This document shows positions 12,401-26,160 of a stretch of 64,000 nucleotides of DNA, one piece after another (position 1 is the first letter of the stretch; each line of letters opens with the position of its first letter). This DNA is from Phoronis australis. Lineage: Eukaryota > Animalia > Phoronida. The position numbers were made by a program, and so were the translations under genes. The notes under the pieces were generated by a model, which made no database searches, was not told the origin of the DNA, and saw only the letters and a list, made by a program, of their open reading frames with translations. The DNA lies in assembly GCA_002633005.1 (NCBI GenBank), contig NMRA01000096.1, forward strand, positions 248,001 to 312,000, given 5' to 3'.

Positions 12401-15400
12401 TGCGTCAGATGTGTATATAGACATGTATAAATACATAAAGTCGGTTTTATAACGTTATGTCTATTTATACTTACCTGGCATCCGGGTTGGGTGCCGATAT
12501 GTGTTTATTTATTTTATTCAGTGCATATCTGTGTCTGGTAGTTGTTTCTTTGTGTTGTAGGTGGTCTGTGTGTGTTCTTTGTCTTTGGCACTGCTTTTTT
12601 ATTCTATTTTGACCCATACCTACTTGATTATTCTGTAATCGACTATGATTATCTTGTCTCCCAGATAATGTTCTGAAACGTTTTCTAAAATGACATTTTC
12701 CATTGCCTCACCTGAACAGTTTATGATCAATTCAACATAGGGATTCATTTCATCTGAGAATGAAATAGAAAGCAGATTGTGAAAATGTTTCTAAAGCATT
12801 TAGCAGGATAGTCTACTATCTAAACTTATTTCTTGTCTCTGCTGGCTAAGGCTTTGTTTCAATCGGTATCTTGCTTGTACTTTAAACTTGAATAAACACC
12901 CACAAAACTGTTTGTGTAAGGCTAAGAAAGCATATTTGGTTTTGGTCTGTTCATGCACCACCTTTGAAGTACTGCACTGAAACTTAAAAAACTGATATCG
13001 AGGGAAGTTTTGTAAAATATGGCATTGCTACACCACTTAGGTAGCAGCTGATTTTTGAAAACGATTAACAATTAAAAATACTGCAAAGTTTTTAAAACTA
13101 CCACTGACTAGGGCCCAGGTTCTTGTCTTTATACTCAAAATCAAAATCGTTGTGACGTTTTCCATACTATTTTAGTACAAAATCAAGATTAGTGTATAAT
13201 TCTGCACTCGAGTGTGTTATGGTTTGCACGGATGACATTCTTATCCTTGTTTGCACTTGATGACCTCATCATCAAAGCTTCAAGTTCAAGTCTGAACTTT
13301 CTTGAATTTTGTAGCTCAAATTTAGGGGTCAGGAAGTGCGAATTTGGTCTAGAAATTCATTGGTGCAAACCACAAGGTGCTGTGTCATAGACCAACAGAC
13401 ACCTGTCTTGAATTCATGTTAAATTAGGATGGAAAGTGCTGGGTCCAGAACAAAATGTACTTTAAAGGCGATATTTGACAGCCGATTGTTTACAATACCA
13501 AATATCAACTGTTAAGTACCTAGAATTGTTCTGATGTGTTTTTATGTGTGGATCAGTTCCCTGTACAAGCTTCCCGTCTGAGGCTTCGGCAGCTAGCCTT
13601 GTGCACGGTTTCAACCGATTCTGATTCGAGATGTGATATTTTGTACATAAAACTCACACAGTTATCAATGTAATCTCGGCATTGTTTAAAAATATGAAGT
13701 GCTGTTGAATGAAACGGAAAAATTAGCATATTTATTTGAGAAACGGCTTAGCCATTTTGTCACTAATACGTTAATACTTTTCTTGTTGATTTCTTATATC
13801 GCTTTACCTATGGTGGCGACAGGTGTCACTTTCATTTTTGTTTTTTAAAATGGATAACAATTAAGACGTTATGATCAGGTCCTGGTTGAAGTGACGAACA
13901 CTTGTATCACTTCAATTAAGAGGTACTAAATAATGTACGGTGCTATTATGTATGTGTATAGTTGAATGAAGGGCCGCACTGTGTATATCAGCATTTTAAT
14001 ATAGGGTTTTAAGTTTAATGTCGTATAAATCAGACATGCGTTTAGCTGTGCTTTTCCTACATGAACTGTGAATTACTAAGTTACTATCTGCTGAAGTTAG
14101 TAAAAGTAGTAATATGTGAAGTAATAGTTGTAATGATTAGACCTGTCATTTTGTATTAACAAAACCTGATGTAATTAAAATATATGATACATACCTTTGA
14201 ATGTTTTTTATATTCCATAACGACACTGATTTAAATGGCTTAGTTGTTGCTTGGTTTTCTCTGACTAAAACACTCTTCATGCACAATTCTTTAAATACAA
14301 AGTTGAATAAATGGGAGACCTTCACAAATACATTAACAGCTGGTCTTTCAACATTTGCTGTGTAAGCAAAATGCAAAAATCACTGGTATCGGATTGTACA
14401 AACACTTGCATAACAAATCACAAAAATATCAATTTTGGACCAAACCAATTGCAACAAAATATTACTTATGACTAAAAAGGCACGCTTTTTACATATACGA
14501 ACTTAACAATGCCTCGGCAAAATCACAGAGGTATCTTTATGCCACTTATACCAGGCTTGATTGCGTTTACTGCTCAAGTGTTTGATAAATCGTCCAACAT
14601 TTTAATCAACAATACAGATACGTGTTGACCCAGTTTTCGTTCATATTGTTTGTGATGAAGCTACAACTATTTTTAATTTCGTTTCATCAGAAAAACTTGT
14701 AATTTTGACCACTTACAGCTACAAAACAGGTCTCGAAGTTTAATAGGACCAAAGTGGTTTCAGGGCTGACAGTTCATGTCTACGCAAGACAAAGCTTCAT
14801 ACATAAAGACACGCCATGGCAAGCTCACTTCACGAGTTTGATCTTCAGCAAAAACAACCGGTCCTTTCCAATCCCCAGCATTAATCGTATTGTGAAAGGA
14901 GAACAAGTCAAGACTACCATCATACTTAAACAATAAGTGGTTGAAATCAAGTTACTTTTTTCTGATGAAACACAGATTTATACCAGTGTGGAGTCGAGAG
15001 CTATGTTTAAGGTTGTGTAGGACCTTAGAAAAATTTCAAATTTGGCTAAATTCAGAACACCACATCTCAGAAATCTCTGATTGTACTCGTACGAAACTTT
15101 CAGATACAATGGTTAATGCAACGTTCTCTGAAATGCTGTTAAGAACTTTTTTCTTAACGCTCCACTTTTTGCATAAGGGACTACCAAAAATAGAAATTAA
15201 AATATCAAAATAAAATGTTATGTTATTGATAGTGTTTTGCTAACAACGTACCTTTCATCTGTGTTTATTAAAAAGACGTGGTCACATGACCCAATTAAGG
15301 GATTTCTCCAGATACTTTTACCGAGCTAAAATATATACTTTTGTAGGTATTGTGGCTAAATGACATGTTAATAGGGTCCTGCATAACCTTAAGCCTACAA

Positions 15401-15628
15401 TTATAATTATAAATACATGCAACAGAAAAAATTGGATAAATAAACAATTCAAAGCTACAAAATGAGTTAAAAAGTCGACAAAAGGGTCGACAGAATCAAC
15501 AAGTCAGGATGAAATATAGAGTAACAATCAAAAACATGATGTACCACAAGTGCACTAATCTACAATTTAAAACAAGACCATACCATTGCAAAAAGGTACA
15601 ACAGAGCTATGTGTTAAACACAAAACAG

Positions 15629-15848
15629 CTTATTATTTAAAATGACTTATTCTTATTAAAATGACATTGGCAAGAAAATGAATTTTGGGACTCAGAAGTG
15701 GGGGCGCCTATGTTAATGTAGGTCCCTGCAGTGAAGGGGTCCGAAGAGTAGGGCCGATATATTAATACAGAAGACCCCACTTTGAGCCCTGAAATTTAAT
15801 ATCTTGCCCATATCATTTTAGTAAGAATAAGTCATTTTAAATAATAAG
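15629..15848. repeat. ~220-bp fold-back (long inverted repeat or MITE) in the presumptive GTPBP2 3' UTR
   Basis: The left arm CTTATTATTTAAAATGACTTATTCTTATTAAAATGA...GGCAAGA...AAGTGGGG pairs with the right arm CCCCACTT...TCTTGCC...TCATTTTAGTAAGAATAAGTCATTTTAAATAATAAG. Confidence 0.85.
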
Positions 15849-16290
15849 TATTTACGCTACATATGGTAATAGTCTTAAAAAACGTGCTCGCATTTGAAGA
15901 ACCATTTTTTCACTGAATTACGGGTATCAACTGGTTCTCAAAATATGGACACATTTAATCAGACCATTGTCCATTAAAATTACTAACTATTACTCCAAAG
16001 TTCAAACACTAAATGACCAGTGGCATGGGAAAACGAATACTGAGCAAGTAATGCACAACTGTGACAAGTTCCCACAACAAATGAACAAACCTACTACAAA
16101 ACCTGAACTCATTCAAAATAGCAACAGTTCTGTAAGTTCAACAACAACATTCAATTGGAAATTCTTCAATTACAACATGCTTGTTGCCATGCACCTCGAT
16201 GAAATACCTAAAACTGGACAGAATATGGTTAATCTATATCTCGCCTCTGAGATTTACTGAATATCTCGATTGATAGCAATGTAGCATGTA

Positions 16291-19200
16291 CTATGTATTA
16301 TCTAATGGTATGATTCTGGTTACCTCCCCTATACCTTTGGTACGACTGTCTCGAAACAGCAATTTTGATCCTACGTGTATATATTCCGGCTTCTTGAAGC
16401 AGAACGTGACAACTGCCTTCTCATTCATGGACACAGATTCGTTGTCCTTGCATTTGATGCAGGCTGTCTGAACGACGTTACCGATGTGGACCGTTGCCTG
16501 AAAACCCGAGGATATAGAGCCGGGGTGGAAGAGTACGTAGATATCTGCCTCGAACAACAGGCACGCTGTTGGGTGAAGCTTGGGGCTAACAATGACCATT
16601 CCCTGAAAGGTGGAAAACTGTTTTACTGGTACCTCAATATCAGACTGGAAAATATAATGCAGACATTTGGCAAGATAGAAAGACAAATGTTACACTTGAC
16701 TCAGGTCAAAGAAAGATTCCATGGTATCTGTACCTTCTGTTACCATCAAAAAATACAGTGGCAGGCCTCAATTAGTTGTGTGAAAGATACTTCCAAAATA
16801 TTCCGACCACTTAATTACACTGTGCATGAGAAATGGAACAAATTATGTGAAATTGCACCCACAATACACACATAAACTGTAGGTATCACTGAAACCTGAC
16901 GATAGGATCCAATTGAATTTCTTGCATAATGGGAAATACAATTCTTTTGACATCATGAAAGTGATTTAAGCTAGACCCAATTTCTAGTTCTGGTGAGCAA
17001 GACTACCCCAGTCAGCAAAGATAAAAAGTGATTTCTCTCTCCGACATTTTACCATGTTGGACTTAATATGCGGATCGTTTGAATATCTCATAGCACAACA
17101 GCGGTAATTTGACGGCATAAAGATCGCAAAAAAATAATAAAAACATTGAAATCCCACTTCCTAAAATCTCTATCCTAATCATAGGAGGGAACTGTAGATG
17201 GTGCTGAAAGTTGTCTACCATGTACTCTACTGTCACCTACCAATAGAATAAAAGCAAATTTCATTATATCGCCACTAAATCATCATTCCTCCGAGGGGTT
17301 CACTCTATTGACAGTAGTCAAAAGGAAGGCAGCCTGAACTGGGACTGACTTGCGACAATCAGATCTGAACCAAGACCTCCCCTGACCACCATAGACATGT
17401 TTGAGACCCAATCATAAGAAACAGTACCATAACATAGGTTCAAAAGCAGTAGTGCAATTTTTCTTCTCAGAGTGGTTCTCTGCTCACGAACATTAAATGG
17501 TTAAGTAAATTTCGAATTGAATCGTGTTTAAATACAACCTACACAGGAGTTTACAGTTGGCAATGAGAAACTCTATAAAGCCGAGACAAGGCATCTAAAA
17601 AATACACACACAGAAATTGTGATAAAGCGGCATTTAAGAATTGTATTCTGTAGCACGTACTCTCTCAATAGTTGAACATTTATAAACACCAAACAAAATA
17701 GTCTCTGCAAAAAATTAACATATTCTCCAGACTGTTGAAGTTTATGGCAGGAACACAACCGTCTTACTTTTCTCAGAGACAGATCACATTCAGTCACTAA
17801 GGCAACTGAAGCCGCCTGACCAGCCTGTACAACCCGACAGGGGAGACGATTCCTGTGAAGGGAGTGTATAGAGGCTTGGTAAAACTCTCCCTTCTCATCC
17901 GGCCCCACAAGAACCCGGTCATCCTCTTTGAATACACCACTGTAAGCAAAAAATTTGTTAATCAAACAGAAATTGAATGTGTTCAACTGAATAATGGAAC
18001 TTATGGTGTATGTTGAAAGAGGAGTTAGGAATGATGCCCCTTGCTATGTTTTCACCTAAGGCCAAACGAGTCACGAGTTTCGCTACCTCTGTCTGAATTA
18101 TATTGATGGGCCTCATTCAGTGACACACAGTAAGAAACTGGGGTGTCAAGTTCCGATAGCAAAGTTAAAGCAGTGCTTTATTTGGCGACCTGCAATTTGC
18201 CAATGTGACTTTAGATTATGTTTGGCGACCTGAGAAAAATCCCAAGTCTCCACAAAGTTACCAGAGCGAGTATCAAAGTCAGACAATAATTCACCCAAAA
18301 TTTATTTTAAAATTCATAGATTCAATGCTTTTAGTTCACAATTGTTTCGTTAATTTCATGAAATCAGTGCATTTGCCACCATTGGCAGTCAGCACACATC
18401 ACACATGGGCTTAAATTACGACAGGATGTAAACAGACAGAAAACGGAATTGTTCGGCAAAAACTGGGCAAAGTCGGACCCTGAAATACATGCGCACTCCG
18501 TTGATAGCATTTTTTTTGATAAAGGCACATTTTTTGGTCTGCAACTTCCAACATCAGTTTTGGTGATGTCAGATTTCATTTGGCGACCTGGTATTTTCAA
18601 GAAGTCGCATTTGCTGAGTTGGTGACAAGCTAAGCGTCAAGCACTGTACAGCCACGACAAAAACTCAAGATGCATATTTATTTAGAATTTAGCTACTATC
18701 CATTGAGGAATCGGGCTGTATAATAGAAGTACTGACATCAGTTGAAGCTGATCCCACTTAGGAAATGGCAAAAAAGGCAGAATGCACACCTCAGGAGAAA
18801 ACTTGGCACTGAAACCTCAGGCCATAATAGCGTAGAATTTACAAAAGAAAGTTAACCCTAATATTAAAGGGTAAATCGTACCGTCAGAAATCTACGTTGT
18901 TAATAAAAGCACAAATGTAGTTTTGCCTATACAAACAATAGGTAGAATCAAATACACAAATTGACAAAGAATAGATTTACCAAAGTTAAGGAACTCACTT
19001 GATCAGTACACCTCCAGCTACTGATCCAACAGAGGGCACTGAGTAGATTTGATCAACTTGGAATTGTGCCAACTCTTGAGACAACAACTCCCTCTCGTGA
19101 GCAGTTTTCCTCGGAGGCAACACATTGAGAAACTTGGTAATGAGGTCAAGATTTTCACCAGTAACGCAGGAAACAAGGAAGATTGGGGTAATGCTGAAAA

Positions 19201-22200
19201 TGAATACAGAATAAAAAGTCATAGTGAAAGTGACAATGTTCAATAGTTGATTGGCCAATATATAATGAACAAGGTTCATGACCATTAACTTAAAGCCTAC
19301 CTAGAACAGAGTTTTGTTATTTTAGATTTATTGAGCTAACCAGAAAGTCCTTGCAAAGCCTTAGCGAAATAAGAAAACACGAATTTAACCACTCAAATGT
19401 AGGCCCATTGACTGATATGTGAAGTTGCCTTTTCGTGCCATATTGCATCACCGCGAGAACCCAGCACAAACAAAAGCCGATAGCAGTTTTATTGAATGGG
19501 TATCTGAATAGAACACTATTGTGTGTGGGTGCTGTTCCCAGCTTTTTGAGTAAAAAGGTGATTCTCGTAGTGACATAGACAAAAGTAAGCCAATAAGCCT
19601 AACAGTTCATTAAATTTGACAGTTAATGAAACTGATGGGCCCAGTGCGATGCCCCTAACCTACTTTAGGATCAACTTTACATGTGTTACCGTTCAACATA
19701 AGCTTGTTAAAACACAAACCTCACGATCACAAGCACACACCAAAATCTTAATCATGAAATTCTATGTTATCGCGGATATGTTAAATTCTAGACAATCACA
19801 TATACTGTGGCCAAATATTTATGTCATTTGATGTCCAATATATAAAGTGAAATTTTCTTTGACGAAACCACAACTCATGCACATAGTGACAAAATCTTGA
19901 TATTGAATTCGAAGTTAGTTTTCATTTCAAATACAGTCAAGCTTGAGCACAGTTTTCCTTTCAATGTTTCCCCTCCAAAATACCTTTAAGACTACACAGG
20001 ACCTAAACAAAAATGCCAAATATCTACAAAACTGTAAAATTTAACTCACTAAAATTACATATTTTCTGAACATAGAAAGCCTGTAGTATTTCAGTTATGA
20101 CTTGATACCAGTCTGCAACCATTTTGACCATGTGACCATGTCTTTTTAGTAAAATTTAGCAAAACAAGAAAGGTACATTTATTGCAAAACAGCAACATAA
20201 ATGTTCAAGAAAAAAACTCAAAACCCGTTGCAGTTTTCGAAAATGATCATTTCATTTCATTTTGATTTTTTTATAAAAATTAAAGTCTTACATTTTAATA
20301 GCGCTTCATTGGAACATTTTAAAAACAATTCTTCCACAAATTTCTTAAGAAGAGTGCATGAAATATAGTATCTGAGAAATTCATATGAATCTGATCAGCC
20401 ATTTCTGAGATATAATGTTCAGAAATTATTCAAATTTAGCAATTTCTTTAGGGTCCTATGTACTCTTAAATTAGAGTTCATTCAGTTCATACCGACCTGT
20501 CAATCTTCTTGAAGTTCTTGGCCGCATTAACAGCATCGTCAACATTCCTTACTCTGTAGGGAACCTTGTTACAGCCAGGTGATGCCAAGATCCTCTTAAG
20601 TTGACGAACGGCTTTCTCCATCATCACTGGGTGCACCATGTCTATCTTGTTGATGACAACGAGGATGGGTACACCGAGAGCCAGAGCTATGCCTAAGTGC
20701 TCCTTGGATGTCCCCGCTGAAACAGTCACAGTGAATTGACTCACTATGTCATGACCACTTTAAGAATGTTACATAAATGAACAAGAAATAGTTCTATCTC
20801 AAAATACAACAGTACCACTCAAAATACAACAGTACCACTCAAAATACAACAGTACCACTCAAAATACAACAGTACCACTCAATGCAACAAATCTAAGCCC
20901 TTTTTACTATATTGCTCAATTTCGTTTCAAATTTTTCATGCATTCAATATTTTGCAGTTGCAGTGCCTGTGGTAAATAAATGCAAATGTGTAGTTGTCAT
21001 TCTATGCATGACATAACTCACAATTATTTGTTAAATTGGTTATTTGATCATCCATGACATGACAAAGATGCACGTGGTAGAAAACGAAACAATGAATACT
21101 GATCTTTTTACGGACAGACAAAGATTTATACTGCACACCCCAGAGTTCTGACCAATGTGATCAATCTCATTCATCGTCTGCTTGGCTCGTCTTCTATCAA
21201 CAACATTGCACTACCCAAAGTTGCAACTAAAGTCAACTCACACAGACTCAAAATATGTTCTACCTTTTCTTTTGTCACAAATGCATTCAGCTAAATTACG
21301 TGTTTTGGAGCATGTGTGACCAACGATCCAATATATGTCTCACGATTCACTGCCAATACTGCTTTTTGGTCTATCTTCTTACCCATGCCCGTGTTGGCAC
21401 TGATGACAAGCATGGCAAAGTCTGGTGAGTGTCCAGTCAGACCAAATATGGTCGTCTTCATGTACTTGTGGTGACCAGCCAGGTCAATCAGAGTGATAAG
21501 CTTGGTGGAGTTCTCACAGATTTCTTCAGACGTTCTTGACTCACTGTAGTTGACAACCTAACGAAATGGTCCATAGAGTTAACAAAAAACGATGCTTAAA
21601 CACACTTGACATATCTTTACTCCATCGAACAAGAGCATGCTGCAAGAAATAAATGACAGGACTGTGTTCTGTGGGCTTGTATGACAGGAACAATGCAACT
21701 ACAAGACTGCAGCAGCCAGTGGTTGAAAAGAGCCACCACACTCACTAAGCCACAAGAGCACTGCAGAGGGTGACGACCACCAATTGCAACGGCAAGGGCA
21801 TTTTGTGGTAGAAGAAATGTACTCTCATAAATACGCTGTTACAAAACTGTCGCTTCTCTACTATTTTTTGAGCAGGTCAAGAGAAACAGAGACCTTATGC
21901 CAAAACAGTGCAAAGCAAAAACACTATTTTGTGCCTTCAGTTTTTACAATTACAAAGAATTATCAAAAAATGCCTTCAACCTCCCTGCATTGAATTTCCA
22001 TACGTCAATATTTAACCAATGATTTATATAAGCCGCTGGTGATTTCGCGAATCTTTTTCTGGTAGAAATGAATAGCTACTATTTCACAGTTAGTCTGTGG
22101 AAAGAGGGAATTGTCATTTTAAACAGACTTGCACAACACCTGATACTACCACAAGTGATCAAAAAACTTACACCATCCTATCTTACGGCACCCTGGCTGT

Positions 22201-25200
22201 TGAATCTTACCTCTCCCTGGCTATTGAATCCTAAAATCTCATGGCTGATACTAGACGTTCGTCCCGACTGAATTTCATGCAAGTGCCTGAATAAGTTCAG
22301 TCGTGCTTGTCCTTGACCATTGTCCAGTTCCCCTTGGGTGAGGACGCCCAGCAGTGTACTTTTACCCGAGTCTACGTTACCAAGTACGGCCATCCGGAGA
22401 TCAATAAACTGCAACATTATGTAAAACAACAGTGATAATTGTCAATAATGAGATTGTGCGCATTACATTCAACAGGAAACCGGAATCTTCATAAAAATGA
22501 ATCATTCCACTAATTATGATGGACGTTACTCCCATAAATAAAAACGATCAATGGTATGCCTTGTATGCAAGTCAACGCCACAGCACGAGTGTATAAAAAC
22601 TTAATTTAATAATTATTGCAGTAAAACTGACTGTTGGTACATTTAGTAACTCTGTTCAACAAAAGTTTTCCCGTAGTGTTTATTTTCACTCAAATTATTT
22701 GCATGAAATCTTTACAGCTTACCCTAATGCTTAAATGTTGGACAGGATAAACTTTAACAGTGGGAGGAATATTTTTAATACCCTTACAAGTCTCGTTTTT
22801 CCTTGGAAAAGAACAGACATGCCATTTCACAAAAAAATATTTTCCCCATGAAGTATGCAATGGGATTAATACTTAACTACTGTAAACTAATTACAATATT
22901 TCAGCAAATGACAGAAATTGGAAATTGGGCTACTTACCTGTTGGTCATCTGGGACCTTTCTAACAAGAACCTCAGCAACTTTGCGACTGTAAGTTTTATG
23001 GTCAACAAACTGTTCGCGTACAATGCTGGTCACTGCACCAAGCCTGAATGAATAAGCATTGTTAAAAAAATCGTTTTCTCTTGTTTCGCTATTTGAAAAA
23101 AAAGCAAATTTAAAACTAGGCAACCTAACATCCCAAATTTGATAAGAACAATTTCCTTGCAATGATAGGACCGTATTTCCACAAAGTCACCACTGCTTTG
23201 TGCACATCCGACCACACGTTCAAAATTGTACAGGAAGTAAACAGACGGGAGTCAGAACTGTCCTGCAAAAATGAGAAAGGTCCGTTCATGACGCATGCAC
23301 AGACGTGTCCTGATAGTGTGCCTTTCCCTTATGTAAGAGCCAAGTGTAGGTGAGACATTGGGCATAGGGAGAAAATTGGTCTTCACTGACTAGACAATAC
23401 AATACCAATTTTCCATTCAACTAAGAAACATCAATGTGTTCCAGCAGACATATGCCCAGATGCTCCCCTTATTTTCAATTCAAATGTCACGTTGTTTTCA
23501 TTTTTAACTGTCGCCAACCAAACGTGACCAGGACTTTAACACCTCCACATACGGGGTTTCCTTGTTTCTGTAATCTTATTTCCCATTTGGCTACCTGAGA
23601 ATTTTGCAAACTCACATAAGGCGAGTTGACATAAACGTTGGGCCCTGAATTTTGTTCATTTTGTGACATCACATCGCCCAGTGACAAAGTGAGTAAAACA
23701 GTTTTTGGAGGGTTACTTTTCCACTTTTGTCCATCTTATCATAAGTTTTTCCAGTGACCATACATAACATCAAATACATTTCTTCAACATTTAGCTTTCC
23801 ATTTCTCCATTGATGGCAAGAAGCCACAACCTTACAGCAGATTCTCTCTGGAAAAGTTTACCTTACTGGAGAGTACTTGATCAAAATGTGGACCAAAACA
23901 GAATTTAGTCAAACAAGAATGAGAATACCCGTGAACACAATTTGGTTTCCTATAATTTTAAGACAATAAAATGTTTCCCTATACACCTCTGTAATAATTA
24001 TTCCTCACAGCAATTGTAGTTGTCCAATATAATAAATTACCTGTCAGCCATTCTTCTCAAGGTGGATAGTGATGCCTCCAGATCATCAGGACTTAAGCCT
24101 GTCAGCATGCCACTGTCGGCCACGCCAATCTCATACACTGCTTCTCCATTACCTTCCTGAAGTCGCCATTTTAGCTGGGATACCAAGTGCTCGAAACGCT
24201 CACGTGACGGGCTGACAAGCTTGAGCTAAGCAAAATATACATGATTCCTCCAAGTTCATTTCTGTTCAAAGGTCAAGTTATGACTATGCTAATGTCAGGT
24301 TTGCTCACACAATACATTGGACTTGAGCAATATCTGTAGTTTTTGAGGAACAGCATCAAGAATAATTCCAGTTTAAATTTTAGTCACCCAGTTTGACTTC
24401 ACAAAATATTTGAAACCATTCTCCATACATGTATTTAATCAAGTCAGATGACCAAAACTATTTTCAAAATATCCAAATTTTTAAACATGAAAAAGTAGCA
24501 GTTACCTTGTATTCAAACTTTCCTTCTTCAATCTGCAACAGAAAATTTTTGTTAAAACTAAGTTATGTGTTAACATACGGACATTTGTAATGTCAATATA
24601 TTTCTTCATTAAACGACAGTAGTTGCACCCCTTGAATGGAAACAGGTTAGTTCACACCCAAGACAACTCATACCGGTCAATTTTCAAAAGTGTATTTATG
24701 TAAAAACGACTCCATGTTACACATTATTTATGAAGATTAAAATTAAGCAGGTGGCCTTGGTATGAGTTGACCTGGAAATTAATTGGCTTGGGTATGAATA
24801 GACAGTGATCCACTGTCTCTAACTGGCTTAATAGAGACGATGCACAGCAGCTGAGGTGGTATGACGTTATATATATCCCCAGGCGTGCTCAGTGTAAAAA
24901 TGGCCAGTTAACGATTTTGGGAATAGAATGATGGACTGCTTGAAGAAAAAGTTTAATAACGGGAGTATTAGTTCGAGTTGGAAGAAATTAAAGACATCAG
25001 CGTCTCCTAAGATGACCCTCTATGCGCATAAGGTATTTATAACGTAACTTTGATGTTTTAGTTGGTGTGAGGCATAATTTGTGGAAAAGCTTTAGTCTGG
25101 AGTATGAAGCACCTATAGAAGCTACACCATCTCTATGGAGCCAGCAAGATCGAGACACTGGTCATTGTCATGGGTACGAACTGCTCCTCAGTCAAGGTTG

Positions 25201-25908
25201 GTGCGTTGTGCATGAACTTCGAATAACGCTTAACCTCAAGATTGTGTATGGGTGAACTTGGAATTAAATATCCATTAGAGCAATCAAGTGAAATATTTGT
25301 TCAATGTAATTATTGGCCCCGTGATGACCCATTTTCCCCCTTAAATGGAACTTGCGACACAGAATTCAGAGAAAAATGTGAATGGTTATCCAATAACTGT
25401 ATTGTCAAAAAAATTGCCAATAGTTAAAAAAACAATTCGATGATTGATATGCAAATTTGCATTTACTAACACGTGACTTGCTTAAGAGTAGTGAAAATTT
25501 TGATCAACGTGAGAGTGATTATTTGAGTGAATTTATTTAGTTCTTTCGGCTATTCTAAATGCACACATAAGCGATCTTGAGATTAAGCAAAATTGATATT
25601 TTTAGTCAAGCACAACAGCTGAATCAATACTAAACCCAACCATGAACAAATCTTTGCGGTTGTACATTAAATATCATCAAGTTAAGAGTTGCAGAATCAA
25701 CAAAGGCGGGACACGCAAAACAACAACAAAGCTAAATATGTTTAACAAAAACGAGCATCGAATGACAAATGAGTCAAATTCTAACGACCTGACATTCCCG
25801 GGCTGACAACACAACAGTCACGTCACCTAACGAACTTACTTCGGGGGGTAAACTGTCGTGCAAGATTTCGTCCGAATCAGGACCAAATAATGATGTTAGT
25901 TCTTCCAT
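16291..25908 (-). CDS. GTPBP2: GTP-binding protein 2 (translational GTPase, ribosome rescue), complete, 552 aa
   Basis: Minus-strand exons 25908-25840, 24532-24506, 24225-24041, 23043-22938, 22408-22211, 21557-21383, 20716-20497, 19193-18999, 17939-17768 and 16602-16291 total 1659 nt (553 codons). Motifs: [32 protein letters not shown]1 [37 protein letters not shown]3 DLAGHHKY, G4 NKID, and C-terminal [15 protein letters not shown]. Confidence 0.96.
18171..18646. mobile_element. Non-autonomous hAT-like MITE in a GTPBP2 intron
   Basis: Terminal inverted repeats CAGTGCTT (18171) and AAGCACTG (18646), with repeated TTTGGCGACCTG subterminal motifs. No TSD recognisable. Confidence 0.55.
19990..20465. 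mobile_element. TTAA-flanked non-autonomous DNA transposon (Kolobok-like MITE)
   Basis: TTAA|GACTACACAGGACCTAAA ... TTTAGGGTCCTATGTACTC|TTAA gives imperfect TIRs with a TTAA TSD. Confidence 0.6.
20801..20880. repeat. 20-bp tandem repeat x4
   Basis: AAAATACAACAGTACCACTC occurs as four perfect copies. Confidence 0.95.
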
Positions 25909-26054
25909 AACGATTGCGATCCTTCAGTCTTGATATCAACCATTCCATTAGAGTGCAATGAACAACATCACTATGCAATAGTGCTGATCATTGTGAAAGT
26001 TTCCACAATGTATCCAGCCGAGGACGTCAAGTTGCAACGACTTGCATCAGGGCA

Positions 26055-26160
26055 AGTGCCCGGATGTTTCCGGATGTTGTTTTCTGCGCTGGTGTAACGC
26101 AACAATAGAGAACTAAGCAACAGGAGGTTATCAAAGTTTTGACTTTGATAACCTCCTATT
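26055..26160. promoter_or_regulatory. Probable GTPBP2 promoter region with tandem ETS-type motifs and an adjacent perfect hairpin
   Basis: CCGGATGT occurs twice, 10 bp apart (26060, 26070), about 150 bp upstream of the ATG. A perfect 16-bp inverted repeat AGGAGGTTATCAAAGT/ACTTTGATAACCTCCT lies at 26122-26157. Confidence 0.45.

Noticed and set aside
20801-20880. CRISPR-like regular repeat
   Set aside because: Head-to-tail 20-mers with no spacers, in a eukaryotic intron with no cas genes.
25920-25975. Possible C/D-box snoRNA on the minus strand (GTGATGT...CTGA)
   Set aside because: The C box is non-canonical, there is no clear terminal stem, and it lies in the presumptive 5' UTR rather than an intron.
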